From: the human T2T-CHM13v2.0 reference genome, Homo sapiens
Assembly: GCF_009914755.1 (NCBI RefSeq)
Contig: NC_060937.1
Length of the DNA stretch: 64,000 nt
Reading direction: 5' to 3' (one strand)
Each line of letters opens with the position of its first letter. The first letter of the stretch is position 1. The notes beneath the pieces were generated by a model. The model was given only the letters and a program-made list of their open reading frames with translations, was not told the DNA's origin and ran no database searches. Shown here one piece after another: positions 26,795 through 41,644 of the stretch. The translations under genes were made by a program, and so were the position numbers.

Positions 26795-29454
26795 CCAAAC
26801 CTCAAATCTTATTTTGCTTAACTTGCATCTGTCAAGTGTATTTTTCTATAAAATAATGTTAGTGTCTTTTCTCCATTTACTTGATTTAAATATTTTGCCA
26901 CTTATCTTACCAGAAGACGATGCAAAGTAACTGAAGGCTAACATAGATTTCTTTAATGTAAGTAATATTAATATATATGACCAAGCCATTTACAATTTCT
27001 ATCATGTCTACTGTAAAATATGTATGCAAATATGGTGATTTTGATTAATGTATTTATTAAAAAATCTTCAACGGAAAGCTGTTTAACCTGTAACATGGAT
27101 GAGTATTTGACAAAAAAATTAATAAGTATGCATCCTTTCAAAAACTCAGCATATGTGTTTTGAGTATGTAAAGAATGCCAAGTATTGGACGACGTTATGA
27201 GAATATATAAGAATACAAGACAATCAAGATGGCTGCTTTTAGGAAACTTATATTTGGAGGGATTAAAATAATCAACATTTAGGAATAAATGGAAGTTTCA
27301 TTACAATTAAATATAAAATAAATAAATAATCACTAGTTACAAAAGTCATTTTTTAAACTAGAAAATAGCTAACATTTTATTTACACATACCCAAGGAAAA
27401 ATGCTATTAATAGATACATTTCTGAAGAATAATATATATGTAAATGCACATTTTATCAGAAAGTGGCACAATATTTTAGATCTTTACAAATAGTCCAGTG
27501 GTTGTTCAATCATTCAGTTTAATATTTGTTCATCCATGGAGGGTTATTCCAGTACCAATTATTCTATCATGGCAATAAGTAGAAGTCTCCATGCTTCTTA
27601 AAATATAACAAAGTTTTATGTGATATTGCCTTTGTAAAATGAATACTTTCACTAGTTTTAAAACAACTGAGTAGATATGAGGAAACCATGTGATTCTGAA
27701 ATACTAAAGTCACATAAAATAGATATTGTTTTCTAGGAAAGTCATCTGACAAAGGACGGATTCCTAGTAATAGAAACCATTTGAGAAATTGTTGAAATTA
27801 GACAAGCAATGATTAGGACATGAAATGGAACAGTAGTTGTAGGAATGAAAATAGAATGTTTAATATTGTAATATGAAAATGTTATACAATTTTTTATTTC
27901 CAGTATATTTAAGCATTTCCAAATATACGAAACTACGGTGATTCTGAGATGCCTAGAGCAGGAACTGTGTTGTCATAAGCCTATTTATTTTAATATAGAC
28001 CGTTGAATTTTTAAACCCAACACATCATAGTGACAGTTCTAAAATGCCCTTGGGCTTCAAAACTGTTAAAAATGTTTCCCCTGTCCTGATTCTATTTCAT
28101 GAATCTATATATTGCAGTTTCTTTTTACAGCCTAATTAGAGAATTAAGATTTACAAAGGCCCGGAAGTCAAATCAATGCAAAGAGAACACTGTAATTTGT
28201 TTCCCTGGGTCATATGAGTGAGTTGTGATCAAGAGTCAAAAAATTATGGTTGAAACTGTTGCCAGTGAGAGATTAACACCCAGAGGATGAAACTTTAGAT
28301 AAGACACTATACTAAAGTAAGCAAGCAAGCAGGTTATTGAACAGTACATAATTAAGGTTGGAGACTACAGGTATTGACAAATGAGAACATAGGCCAAGTA
28401 GTTTCCTAGAAATTACAGATTAAGGCTCATGACATTTATTTTTCTCCAGATAATATTATGATGCTTAATTTGTAGGAGGCATGCAATGTGTTGTTGCTGA
28501 CTATAAAATTAATGCTCTTCCCTCTTCTGCAAAAATCCAAAACGTTCAATGAGGTATGAGAGTCATATTATTTAAAAGTTCCACATTTTCCTAACAGATT
28601 TTTCACTCATCAAATTCTCATGTAACAAGTATTAAGTCAGGTGGATTATATTTGGGATCACTCAAAACTTGTTCCTATCACTGCCTCACACCCATTCTTA
28701 CGTATGTGTACTATAAATGATGGTGTCTGGATAATGATTACTGACCCATATGCAGCTCCCAAACCACAGCAAACTTTGGAAATTCCACTACAAGGTCCAG
28801 ATGCTGTATACTGTATATGTAAACTGTTTCAGGAAGGAAGATTGCATATTAATAACATAGTCTATGTGGGTTATCTCTGCAGGCTAGTGAACATTTTGCA
28901 GAAGTAGTTCTAGGGGAAAGCAAATTGTATGCAGACAACTAGAGTGTTCCAAGTTTATTTCAACCTACGGCTACATTACATGTTTAGTCTTATCATAATT
29001 AGTATTTTTGTTTCAATTATTAAAATCTCTCCATTTTTATAAATTACTTATTTTATTAATATCTTTCAAAGATAAAAATAAATCTGAAGTATCAAGCTGT
29101 GTATTCTAGATACTGCAGAATATTATGTCATTTTTATGTGCTCAAACTGAACTTCCTTCTGATTGTATAGAGTACAGAATAGCAATTGACATTTTTTGGA
29201 AAAGTGTAAAAATCAAAACGTTGGTAAATGAAGACCACCACCAACCAAAATTTATATCTAGTAGTAGATATATACAACTTAAAAAAATACTAGCATTTAT
29301 TAAGTTTTACTGCTTATTATAGTTATTAATTCAATTTAACTATTTACCAATCATGTGTTTTCTAGGCACCTCCTATGAACCAGGATCTGTACTTGGTGTC
29401 CCAGTTATAAAGTAAAACAGCCTGTCCTTCCTGCACTCAAGGAGACAGCTCCAT

Positions 29455-29600
29455 AAGCAGGGAGCTTGTTAAAAATGCAGAATTTGGGGAACTATTCACA
29501 TGGATTTTTACTAAGTTACATTGAAAAAAGCCTGGGACTAGCTACGATCTCCTCTCTGGTGATTTGGATGTGATAGTCTCTTAAGCATATTTTGAAATAT
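29455..29600. mobile_element. MER5-like hAT MITE fragment
   Basis: 'gggagcttgttaaaaatgcagaatttgggg' and 'ctctggtgatttggatg'. Confidence 0.55.
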
Positions 29601-32600
29601 ACTCGCCCAAAGAATGGAGAAAGACCCAGCCGGCCCTCCTCATGTGGCTGCTGAGGGAGCTATATGTATAATTAAAAAACTGCCGAAAACAAAGTCTCCT
29701 GTTCTGTTTTTTTTTCATTTACTTTTTTCTACCACTTCAGTTCACATCTTATTTTCTTCCATTTAATAGTTTTCTGCTGTTAGCCAAGGAAACAGGAAAT
29801 TTGAATGCTCCATTCCACACCAAATGAATCAGGACCTCCAGGTGAAAAAAAAAAAAAGTGGAGATCTGCTTTTTCTTCTTTTTCTTTCTTCTTTTCATTA
29901 ATCTCTATTTGGAGAAACACTGGTCTTGGAAATGAATTGACAAATAACATGACCTTAGACAAATCAATTAAGTTTCTTGACCCCTGACTCTTTTTTCATC
30001 TGTATAATGCTATTTTTACTAAGGATTTATTAATGTTCTTCCAGCTCTGATATTTTCTTATTGATTCTAATTACATTTCAGATTTATTCATTTTCTTTTT
30101 GATACAAATTCCTTTGATGGGAATCTCTTTAAACAAAAGCTTTGAGATTTTAAAAAATTGTAATCTTTGATAACTTCTACATTTATAATCCTCATTTTAA
30201 ATTTTCTCTTGTTTACCACTAGTTAATCTTCAAGTCTTGAAGACAGCTCAGATTGGAAAATATATGAAAGCCCATGAAAGCCCAGTTCTTGTTTCTTTCC
30301 TATTTGCATTTGCTTTTTATAGAAATCTGGAAAAATTAACAAATTTTAAAATGGTTTGTAATAATTATTTCATTTATCTTTTCTAGGGTTTCTAATTGCT
30401 TTTCATTCATTGGAGATGACAGTTCCAAATATATTCACCTTTTTAAATGAAGAGGATAGAATTTTAATCGGAAGAATGAGAAAATAAAAGTGCTATGATT
30501 AGAAAAACTTGAGGATTATTCTAACCAGCAAGAAAAGATCTTAAAAACTTCAGAGGAATTGCAGAATTAAAAAAAATATATGTGGCACGAACTCGATTGG
30601 ATAGATAAATACAGGTAATAGATATCTTTGAGGTAAAATAGGACCTCAATTTAAATAGATTAATGTAAGAATTTAAAAAATGCTGATGTAATATATCAAT
30701 ATTACATCAATATATCATAATTATACATCAATAATACATCAATATATCAATATTACAATAATCCTTTCTGGGCTGAAGGAAATAGAAATAAATAGGAGCA
30801 AGCCACAGTGGAAAAAACATACAATCTGTTTCACTAGGTGAGAGGGTTGTCCTGAAAACATCTGACATCTGGAATGACCTTGTCTCCACGTATGCAAAGT
30901 CCTCCAAATATCCTAAGGTTAATATAATGCCATCAAGTAAATGGACTTTGTTTATATACACGGGAACTTTTTAAGAAATCAAAACAGATTAAAATTCTTG
31001 AAAGCAGTATGATTGATCAATAACTAAATCTATCCATAACTGACAATTTGCACAACCTGGGCAACAAGCATTTTCCAGGAATAAATTGCTATTCATCCAT
31101 AGTGTGTAAATGACTCTTCCAAAATGATTTTAAGCGATATCACCATCTTATTTTTTTCTTCCTGTTCCATCTTCCACTGTCTCAAACTCTCTTTACTTCG
31201 TTCTTCAGTAACAGCTTTCATCTGCTTTATTTCCTTTAAATATGTGATAATCTCTGCTCATTGACTCTATTTTCCTAAGATACGGTTGTTCTAATTGATT
31301 TTACCTCAGCTAACATCAGGAGCATTGTAAAAATTAATAACAATCTTACACAAGAATCTTTCTTAATACTATGAAATATAATCAGGTTTAACATTTTTAT
31401 AAATGTCTTTGTTTAGAGTAAAACAGGTGATGACATGGCTTTATCATCAAGGGGTTCACCTCAATGCTAACCTAAAAAGAGAGGAAATTAGTTCTGATAT
31501 AGGATCCAAACACAATTAAGCATTTTAACTCATCATATAACAATCTCTTTGTCTCAATCAACTGCTAATCTTCTGTTATACAATGAATTTCCTTCTTTCA
31601 ATTATTGTCTAAGAAGCATTCTATTTTTGGCATAAAATATTGATTTCCATAAACAAAAATTCATGAAGGTACAGCGTAAGTGTGAAGACTTTAGATTTAT
31701 ATATGATTTCTGAGCATGGGCTATTAATTTTGGTTGACTTTGAGAGAACATTTGAATTGATTAGTATTAACTATTTTTAAATCAGTAGAGATAGAGTTAT
31801 CATATACATATAGATGTGTATATGCATATGTATGTATGTATTTTTCTTCTTTTTTAAATAATAGGAGTAATGGGACAAGATAAACTCGTGTAGACTAAAG
31901 AAACTTGTATAGACTAAAGAAAATAAGTTGGTACATTTGAATTGTAGTATACAAAGGTAGAACCTATTATAAATGTATGTATGTATTAAGTATGATGAGT
32001 AATAACTATGTCTCTGAAAATCCTTCCTGGAAAATTGTTTTCTCCTAAATATGCTGCTGCAGTTAACTTGTATTTTCCTATTAAAACACTATTGCAATAT
32101 GCTATGTTGCTTGCTTGCTTGAGTACACGTTACTTGAGTTAAACTTTGTGACAGCAGGGAGGGACCACACCTCTCTTTTTCTCATTTTTTTCTCCAACAC
32201 CTTTTCTAATATATGAACAGAGTTTTGGCCTCATAAATACCCATTGCAATAAATGGGAGGCATATTTTAGGCCCTGGTCATTCCTGCAAAGTCATGCTCA
32301 ACCTCAACGCCAGTAATCTGGTATGTTATTTTTTGTTATCTTTTTTTCTAACAGTGGAATAAGTATTGCAGTGATTTTATTTTATTGTATCCTATGTTAT
32401 GGACCTTGACACTTCCATTGGATACCTTAACACCATCTGTTCTATGCATCACTGCAGAGAAAGGTTGATGAAAGATTGATACCTGTCATCTTAGGAAGTC
32501 ATTTGTGCACTAGTTAAAGCAATTATAAGTGGGATGATAGTCTCTGAAAAATGTCCATTTTCCTTTTGTAAAGTAATTCTGTTGTTTATGTCATGTCTCC

Positions 32601-33879
32601 ATTGATGAGCCCACTGTCTCTCAAACTATTCACTTGCCTCTTTCTAATTTTATAATCTCCACACCTTTGGAATTTGCCAACACAACAGAGCATTAGATGA
32701 TTTTCTTGGACTTCATGCTTGATCTGCTTCAATCTATACTATTTGTTATAAACCCTCATGACTGACAGATCAGACCTATCATCTTGGATCCTCTGTAGTA
32801 GCATATTTTGTCTTTGACAGATTATAACTTAAAATGGCTGAGAATACTTTGTCAACTTAAAAATGTATCTGTAATATTTACAAGTATATCATTTTTGTCT
32901 TAAGTACTACAAAATAAAGTTAACTATTTTTAACTAGTTGCATTAAAAAGTGAAAACTGTTTTTCATTTCTAAATATGCTATTCTCTTCTAAGTAAAATA
33001 GGATAAAGTACTTTTTATTGAAAATCAAAATTATAAATCTGTTATCTTCAAACTTACTATGTACTTGTGAGGTTTTTTATGTTAGGGAGTGCTTGAGTAT
33101 AATGGGAGATCAATATAAAACCTCATTTAGGAAACATTTTTGCATCTAAAATCATGCCTAATAGAAAGCTCAGGCAGTAGAAGTGGTGAGCATTCCTGAT
33201 AAAATTCTTCTTTATGAGCAAAAAAAATTCAAGACAAATGTGTTATGAATCTGATTTTTTTCATATTTATACCAAAACAAAGAATGTTACATAATGAAGT
33301 CATGGGTGGTTTTTACTGAGAGTGTTAAATTGTGGAGAACTAGTTATTTTCTCATAAGGCTTTTTGTCTGTGATTACTGTTCAGTTACAATTGATGTCCT
33401 TAAAGGCAGCGGAAACATCCATATCCACCATATCAGTCACGTTCCAAGTAGCTGACTGTTGAATACTTGGTGCATTAAGTAAGAGGCATCAGCCAAGAAT
33501 GTTGAGAAAATTAAAGGGTTGTTAGAATAGAAAGAAAAAAGTTGAAAAAATATGGTGAGAAGTGCTGTACAGTACCATCCTTTAACTTTGACAGAAAAGT
33601 TGATTTCATCGAGAGTAGAAGAGCGGTTACAGTGTCATTTTTAACGTAAGTTGAATATGTACTTAATTTTTAGTAGGAATGGGATATCCTCTGAATTTGT
33701 AGATAAAGTTATTTTTATTTAATCAGTTTCTACAGCATTTCACCTTTCTTATGATCCACTTTATTATGACTATCTATAAATGTTTATCATTTATTATCTT
33801 TATATCTTCTTTTAAATTTTCTTATATGGATCTCTTGGAGTGAAGCGACCAGATGGTAGCCACTTTTTATGAGTAGCTG

Positions 33880-34632
33880 TGACGTGGGAGTGCTGGGAAG
33901 GGAAGGTCGTGGTCCCTTTAAATGATGCAGAAGTGGGGAAGGGAAGTGCTGGGTAAAGGAGGGCATGGTCCCTGGCTAGGGCATCACCTGCCTTCTGCCC
34001 AAATGTTGCATTTCCTAAGACCACCCTCGGCCACTATGCCCCATCCTGTGTCTGTAAAAATCCCTGAGACCCTAGCAGGCAGACACACAAGCAGCTATAC
34101 GTAAAGAGGATGTCAAGAGGAGCACGCAGGTGGAAGATACCAGCAGGTCAGCAGGCCATCGGCCAGCAGAATGATGCAAAATTTGGCCAGAGCAGTTGGA
34201 GAAGCTCCACAGCCCCACATCAGGGAAAAACCGTCTCCCTTCTGGCTACCTCATCTGCTGAGAGAGACTGCCACTAAATAAAACCTTGTACTAATTCTCC
34301 AAGCTCAGGTGTGAGCCAATTCTTCCAGTACATCAAGGCAAGAACCTGGGGTACAGAAAGCCCTCTGTCCTTGCAACATGGTAGGGGGTGTAACTGAGGT
34401 GGTTAACACAAGCCCATAGATGGCAAAACTAAAAGAGCACCCTATATCACTCACCCACTGGGGCTTCAGGAGCTGTAAACATTCACCCCCGGACACTGCC
34501 GTGGGGTCGGAGCCCCACAGCCTGCCCATCTGTATCCTCCCTGAGAGGTCTGAGCAGCAGGGCACTGAAGAAGCAAGCCACTTCCCCTGTCACATGCCCT
34601 GCAAGGTGGACAAGGAAACCTTTCCCCTTTCA
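33880..34632 (+). mobile_element. ERV1 solo LTR, LTR1 family (LTR1B-like)
   Basis: TG...CA termini; 'gtgctgggaagggaagg..gtggtccctttaaatgat', 'cccaaatgttgcatttcc', AATAAA at ~34277; 4-bp TSD GCTG/GGTG. Confidence 0.8.
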
Positions 34633-37600
34633 GGTGCTATCACATTACCTGTATAAGTAGTCATTCCATAAATATTTCTTGAACTAAATTTAATAGATTT
34701 ATTACAGACATTAATTGGAATAAAAAAATGCCTCAAAAGTATGATCATTTCTTTTCATCTTTTATCTGGGACATAACCAAAATTTAGAAGTTTAATATTA
34801 AAAAGATGATTCTCACACAAACCTAGGATAAACATATTTTAAGACTATATAGAACTCATTAACGAAGGAACCGAAAAGAAGGTAAAACTGGTTTAAAATA
34901 CATTTTGTGGAACTGGCATATAATGTGGGAAGAAATGTTAAAATAAGACTGCTAGATAAAATACAGCACTTGTTAATGGCCTATAAAACAATATATTAAT
35001 CTTTCATGTTTTCTTTTCTACAAAGAGACATCTACAAATTGGCATGTAAATTCATACAGTGAAAGTTACATATATATAATTGTTTTGTTGGTGTGTTTGA
35101 AAGCCAATGTTCATGCTTTAACATTCAAGTTTCAATGTTCAATGTTCAGCATTGAAAGTTCCTTCCACACTGTTTTTTTTTTTTTTGATGTTTTTAATGA
35201 TTTTCTTAAACAGAATCAATAAACTCTTAAATAAGGCCTAATAAATATATCTGCTTTTTCCCCAACTGTTTATATGGAAGAAATCTTAACTCCTTTATCC
35301 AAAAGAAAACAACTGCTATCATGTTTGTCTCTCTAGGCTGTGAATGGTATACTTGACTCCCAAAATCTAAGGGCCAACCATAAACTGCAACCAGAATGTA
35401 AGAAGACTTAATGAATTCATTTTCCCAAGAATTTTGCAGAAGAGTCTCGGTAGAGGAATAATAAGAAATTAGTCACTGCAATATACAGACATTGGTGAAT
35501 AAAGAGTAATAGATTAGACCTATATAAGGAGTCTGGAGAACAAAAACAAAAATGTCTTTACCAGAGCCTTGGGGTGGTGGGAGGGGAGAGGGACACAAGG
35601 AGAAGCATATGAATACACAGCCATACTTGGACTGTTTAAATCTCATTCCAGTAGAATTGAATGACTGATTTGCAAGAACATTGCTAAAAATCAAAAGTAT
35701 AGGCTGCTCCAAAGTACCCTCTGAATATCTAAAAGATGCTGTGTAAATCACGCCCTCCAACATGACTGTATTCATAAATATGTTTACATGCATATGCACA
35801 GGCAAAGACATGTCGTCTTATTTGTTAATTACTTCAAGGCGTTAGGTCTTGGGTTCACTAAATTTTAAAACTTGATATTTTTATATGTTACTGAATCTAA
35901 AAGCAAAAAATATGAAAAAGCAAAATCAAATATTTTATAATATAAAGTGAAAAAAGGGCATTATATCAAATTTGATGTATTGTGATACTAACATGGCACA
36001 TCTAGTTTAGTCAGATGTCCTGTTAGGCTTCATTGCCTACATGCTACCATAATTAGATGTGACAGTTTAGAACATTTTATGTGTTAAAAGACATAAATAG
36101 AAGTAAATTCTTTACAATATCAGGCAGGGAATTCTAAGTCAATTGGTCTGGGCTATCAAACACAAGTGAAAAAATTTCTAAGTGCACTAGAAAAAGGAAA
36201 AGCTTAGCTTCGAAAGTTGTGCTAGTGGGGTACTTTAATTATGCTATCAAATCATATTTGAAAGACTGATTATTTCAATGCTGAAACACATGCACACAAG
36301 GGCAAAAGATGATTTTTAAATACAGCAGGCTTCTCTAATTCTTGTTACACTAACTGACTTAAAATGGCAAATGCAGATTTCATTGTGATGTTGATACTCT
36401 CTTCCTTTCCCCGAGGCTTCCTTTGCAACTTTTCTTGCTTGTAAATTTTCATCCTATAGCGTTAAGTAAGCATTTAGAGGATTTCACCTGGCATAATTCA
36501 TTCTTACAGTCAGACTCAGTTATGTGTGCAACAATGGCCTATCTATTCTGACATTATCGGAAATGAAGAAATGATTTTTTTTCTTTCAGCAGAGGATAAG
36601 CCTCATAAAATCTTTGTTTCAAACACCTTAAGAGTCCCTGTACATTTCCTAGCTACTTTTAGCTTAAAGTCTTGCACTGTTTGGTGACGTGTTCAGAGTA
36701 AAAAGTATTTTAGGTCCTACAGATTCAAATCAAAAATTGCTATAAGTCATAGGCAAAAATTAGTGTTTAGATCATCTGTTAGAATATCTGCCAATGACAA
36801 GGTTATTTCAATATCTAGATTGATTTTATATGTTGAAAATAAAATGCTACAACCCCTTTCTCTGCAGGGCAAATTTAAAAATAAATTTAACCTGTTTATG
36901 GGGCATTAATTTAAAAACCAGTTACTTGTTTTACAAATGAGATGTGGAAGAACTACAGAATGTTAGAATTTAAGTTTTTTTCTTAAAGTATTGAGTCTAC
37001 TACATCATTTTATTTGTGTATTTTATATTGGGATGAATATACATTTAAACAGGAACAAGTAATTTTTCTAAAACATAAATTGAAAAGATAGAAGTGATAA
37101 TCTCCAATAGGTAGACATAATTTGAGCACACTGATATCACAAGTTTTAATACCTAGCCTTGTAATTTCTAAAGAATATATTATTAAATGAAAGAAAATTA
37201 TTATTTAAAAAATAGAGTAAACTTTGCTCCCCTAGACTGACTTCCGATGTCCTTGATTTTTTTATACTTCCGATTTTAGATAATTTCATCTTCTTCTTTT
37301 CTGTTCACAATGTCTTATGCTTCTATGTTGCTAGCCATATTTCATCTGTTAATATGTATCTAAAGATATCCAGTGTCCTTTAGATTACATCATTTTCATT
37401 GATAACATCCTAATTCCCAGCCCCAAGTTCTTCCTTCAGACAATATTGGGTCTAATTTTAAGAATTTGAGGGAGTAGAAGAACCAGAAAAAGACTTCGTG
37501 TTCAGGACAAGGGATACATGTTGTAGTGACACGGTTGAGAGTATCAGAAAGTGTATAGAACTAAATTGGCCCCACAATAGTGGAGGGCCCTAATGTTTAA

Positions 37601-38299
37601 CAGCAATGACCCCTACATAGTAGAATTTCAGGAGACAATTTTATTTTCAGATTAATTGATTAGTTGGCTTGCTTTTATTGGATAATTTTACTATTCTGGA
37701 CTTGTATTACCTATAAAATATTGGCAAATTCATTTTTAAAAAAGACACTAAGAGATGACTGGGATTCCATATGATATTTGGAGTAGCAGAAAAATCCCCA
37801 ATTAAACAATGACTACAAACTGTTGGAAGCAAATCTAATGAAGTTCATTGTATCTACCTGGAATATATGGATTTGGGAAGAAAAGCTTAATCGAGCCATA
37901 TAGACCTAAAATAAACAAAAATAAAGGCATTTGCAACTTTTCCTTCGGGAAGTTTTTTCTACTACTTTTTCATGTGTCCCCAGCTTCAGCTCATTACTTG
38001 CCACTCTAGTTTTCTCTTTTTTCATTATTCAAACTTAGTCAATCACATGTTTCTGTCTGATCAACTATTTATTGATCTCCTAAAGAAGACATTCTTCCTA
38101 CATTAGAACCATGTTCTACTGTTTTCATCCTAGATTGACAGTACCTCCCACTTATTTTCATGTTCTAGGCAATGGGTAGCTTTGTTCTGCAGCTAAAATA
38201 TTCTATGACACTATGATCGAAAGTGCCATGAACAAAAGTGAATGGACTTTTAATGATGAGAATGTGGGGTTCACTAGGAGTGCTGCATTCTATATGTAA

Positions 38300-38600
38300 A
38301 ATGCAAGTTTTGGAGTCAAGATTGGAATACAGATTTTAACACGTTACAATCTACCGTTACAAGTAAAAGTAATCTGCCATTGCTTTTAGTGGCAAAACCG
38401 CAATTGCTTTTGCACCATGCTAATACTTTCCATACGTGATCTTAAATAGGAAGATATAACTAGAGACTTAATTATATTTAAAATGGAGATAAATAATATC
38501 AATGATAAAGTTGTATTATTTTATCTAATGAGATAATATGTAAAAGTTTTTAGCAGAGTGTTTGAAATATAGTAAATTTTCAATAAACATTCTCATTACT
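38300..38600 (+). mobile_element. MIR SINE, interrupted by MADE1
   Basis: 'tttggagtcaaga' ... 'taaaatggagataaataata...aatgagataatatgtaaaagtttttagcagagtg'. Confidence 0.7.
38363..38425. mobile_element. MADE1 (Hsmar1 MITE), left TIR damaged
   Basis: 'aaaagtaat..tgccattgcttttagtggcaaaaccgcaattgcttttgcaccatgctaata'. Confidence 0.85.
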
Positions 38601-38952
38601 AGTTAGTATTTTATACTGTAGGTATATATTTTTGGAAAGAGTATGCAATAAATGTTTAGCAATTCTTTTCGCCAGTTTTCTTTGATGGAATAATGTTTTC
38701 AAGTTTGAATCAACGAGGTTTAGGTGCACCTAGTAAATCTGTAAATTCTAGAATTTGTCCATGACCCAGTTCTGACCAGGGGATTCCAACTGGATGGTTG
38801 TAATTGATTTGTCCAGATATGAACATGTGACCCAATCTAGACATAAAATTAAATCTTAGCTGTTCCCTAGATAAGAGAAATAAAATTCTGACCACATCAT
38901 TTTATTTCCTGACTCTAAAATTAACTATAATTCTAGACTTTTTAGTTATACA

Positions 38953-40128
38953 CAATTGTGTTTGAGAGCTATCTCATATCAACTTGTGAGATCCAACTAT
39001 TAAATTTTTAGAAATTTTTTGAGGTCATTTTTAGACACAGAAATTATTAAAATAAACATGTTAATTTATAATTAAATTATATTAAAAATAAGGAAAATAA
39101 ATTACTTAAATTCATCACTTCCTAAGTATTTTGCTATATTTTGCTGTGATTTATGCTACCAAAAATACTTACATAGATGACGTTTGTATCATGGCAACAT
39201 TATATAATGGCAAGCTAATGTGTATCTCTCCAGCTCCCTATTAGTGGCCTTAGGTTGTACCTTGTAATTCCGTCATGAAGAGAATATTTACAGCATGAAA
39301 ATTAACACCGCATATCAGGGTTAGATTTAATATTTTGATTGTGTAGAATTAATAAAAGTAATTAATAAAAGTAAAAATGAAGAATGAATAAAAGTATTCT
39401 AATAATGCAAATTATTTTTTAAATTGTGTCTGTAACCATTACATTGCGAACAGCCCCAACATACAAGGACATATCCTTGTATTAAATATTCATGATTCTC
39501 AGAAAAGTGATTCTATCATTGGTGAACAAGTAAAGGTTTTAATTAATTTTACTTCTATCTTACCACTAATGTACATAAAAATAGTAACCAATGTTCATAT
39601 TGAAACTCTATTCATTTGCTGATTGCAGTCAGTTATCTATGGATTTAAGAGTTTGGCAAAAATTAACAAAAACTCCCCCTGAAAAGGGAACTAATATTTT
39701 ATTACTTGTGTGTTATATGCTCTGCGTCCTTATATTAGTAAAACATTTAAAAAGTTGCATATAAAACTTTTTTGAGAGATAATTCTTTTTTTTTTTTTTT
39801 TTTTTCTGAGATGGAGTCTCGCTCTGTCGCCCAGGCTGGAGTGCAGTGGCGCAGTCTCGGCTCATTGCAAGCTCCGCCTCCCGTGTTCACGCCATTCTCC
39901 TGCCCCAGCCTCCTGAGTAGCCGGGATTGCAGGCACCCGCCACCATGCCCGACTAATTTTTTGTGTGTGTTTTTAGTAGAGATGGGGTTTCACCGTGTTA
40001 GCCAGGATGGTCTCGATCTCCTGACCTCGTTATCCACCCGCCTCAGCCTCCCAAAGTGCTGGGATTGCAGGTGTGAGCCACGGCGCCCGGTGGAGAGATG
40101 ATTCTCAAATATTTACTTGCTCACACTG
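38953..40128 (+). mobile_element. Arthur1-like hAT-Tip100 DNA transposon with an AluY inserted near its right end
   Basis: 'ttcatcacttcctaagtattttgctatattttgct', 'aatatttacagcatgaaaatt'; end 'aaatatttacttgctcacactg'; 8-bp TSD-like GTTATACA/GTTATAAG. Confidence 0.8.
39786..40092 (-). mobile_element. AluY SINE
   Basis: Antisense AluY dimer; TSD GAGAGAT(A/G)ATTCT. Confidence 0.95.
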
Positions 40129-40966
40129 GTTATAAGCTAATTATTAAGAGAGTTAAGTAGTATTTTTACCATATGTTCCTGAGTCAGTTGTACTTGTTAA
40201 AGGAGTGTTGCAAGTAATAAACCTTAGCATGCACAATTAGATTTATTAATTGAGATGAGATATGTAGCAGAAAAGTGTTTAATTTCCAAGTAGGAAGTGG
40301 ATAATACCTGTTGAATGATATACATTAAATATTAAAGAGTTAACTGCTAAAGCTCAGATATCAGATCATCTGCCTATCCATAAAGATATTTTAATGTGTC
40401 TTTTTATAAAATGCCAGACTATTTGTAAAAGAAAAAAATCAATATGCTTGCCAAGAGAAGTTGTATCAAATAAAGACAAATGTGTTTATTATAGGATCAA
40501 GAAAGCTGAATTCTCCATTTTAAATGGAAAATTGTATGAGGAAATTCAAAGAGGAGTGAGATATAGCAGAAAACAAAATTGGCATCTGGGGAAATCTTAT
40601 ATTAATGCTCCTTACTAGTTCTTTCTGGAAACTTTATAACCATGCCTGACAAAGTGACAGTTACTCAAACTTTAAAGAGCCAGCTTCTGTGACCAGCATG
40701 GGGTGCATGGGAAAAGATTATTTATATCTCTCTTTCTGGCCTAATACTTCACACATTGCTCTTGGACAGAGAAGAATGAAGATCATTTAAATGACGTCTA
40801 GCAACATGCACTGAGTTTTAACTTCTTTTATGAAGAGACGGAAACCTCCAGATTGTGGTTTTGATTCAGGAACCATAGCTCAATAAAATATCTACCCCTT
40901 TTGTTATTAATTTATGATGCATATCGAAATAAATTGACTAGAAGAAAGTAAATTTTTAGGTGTTGA

Positions 40967-41266
40967 TTTTTTTTTTTCTTTTTGAGACGGAGTCTCACTC
41001 TATCACCCAGGCTGGAGTGCAGTGGCACAATCTTGGCTCACTGCAAGCTCCACCTCCCAAGTTCATGCCATTCTCCTGCCTCAGCCTCCTGAGTAGCTGG
41101 GACTACAGGTGCCCACCACCAAGCCCGGCTAATTTGTTGTATTTTTTTAGTAGAAACGAGGTTTCACTGTGTTAGCCAGGATGGTCTTAATCTCTTGACC
41201 TTATGATCCACCTGCCTCAGCCTCCCAAAATGCAGGGATTACAGGTGTGAGCCACCGCGCCCGGCC
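40967..41266 (-). mobile_element. AluY-like SINE
   Basis: Antisense dimer with 'ctgcaagctcc' and 'gccattctcc' Y diagnostics. Confidence 0.95.
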
Positions 41267-41347
41267 CCTAAAATGGCTTTTAAGTATTTTCTTGAATGAA
41301 AACACCAGATATATTCAACAGCAATACTAACATTAAAAAGACTTGGC

Positions 41348-41644
41348 AGCTGGGCGCAGTGGCATACACCTGTAATCCCAGCGCTTTGGGAGGCTGAGGC
41401 AGATGGATTCATTGAGGTCAGGAGTTCAAGACTAGCCTGACCAACATAGTGAAACACCATCTCTACTAAAAATACAAAATTAGCTGGGCATGATGGCGGT
41501 TGCCTGTAATCCCAGCTACTCAGGAGGCTGAGGCTGGAGAATTGCTTGAACCCAGGAGGTGGACGTTACAGTGAGCCGAGATCACGCCACTGCACTCAAG
41601 TCAGGGTGACAGATTCCGTCTCAAAAAACAAAACACAACAAAAC
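41348..41644 (+). mobile_element. AluS SINE
   Basis: Dimer with TSD AAAAAGACTTGGC. Confidence 0.95.
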
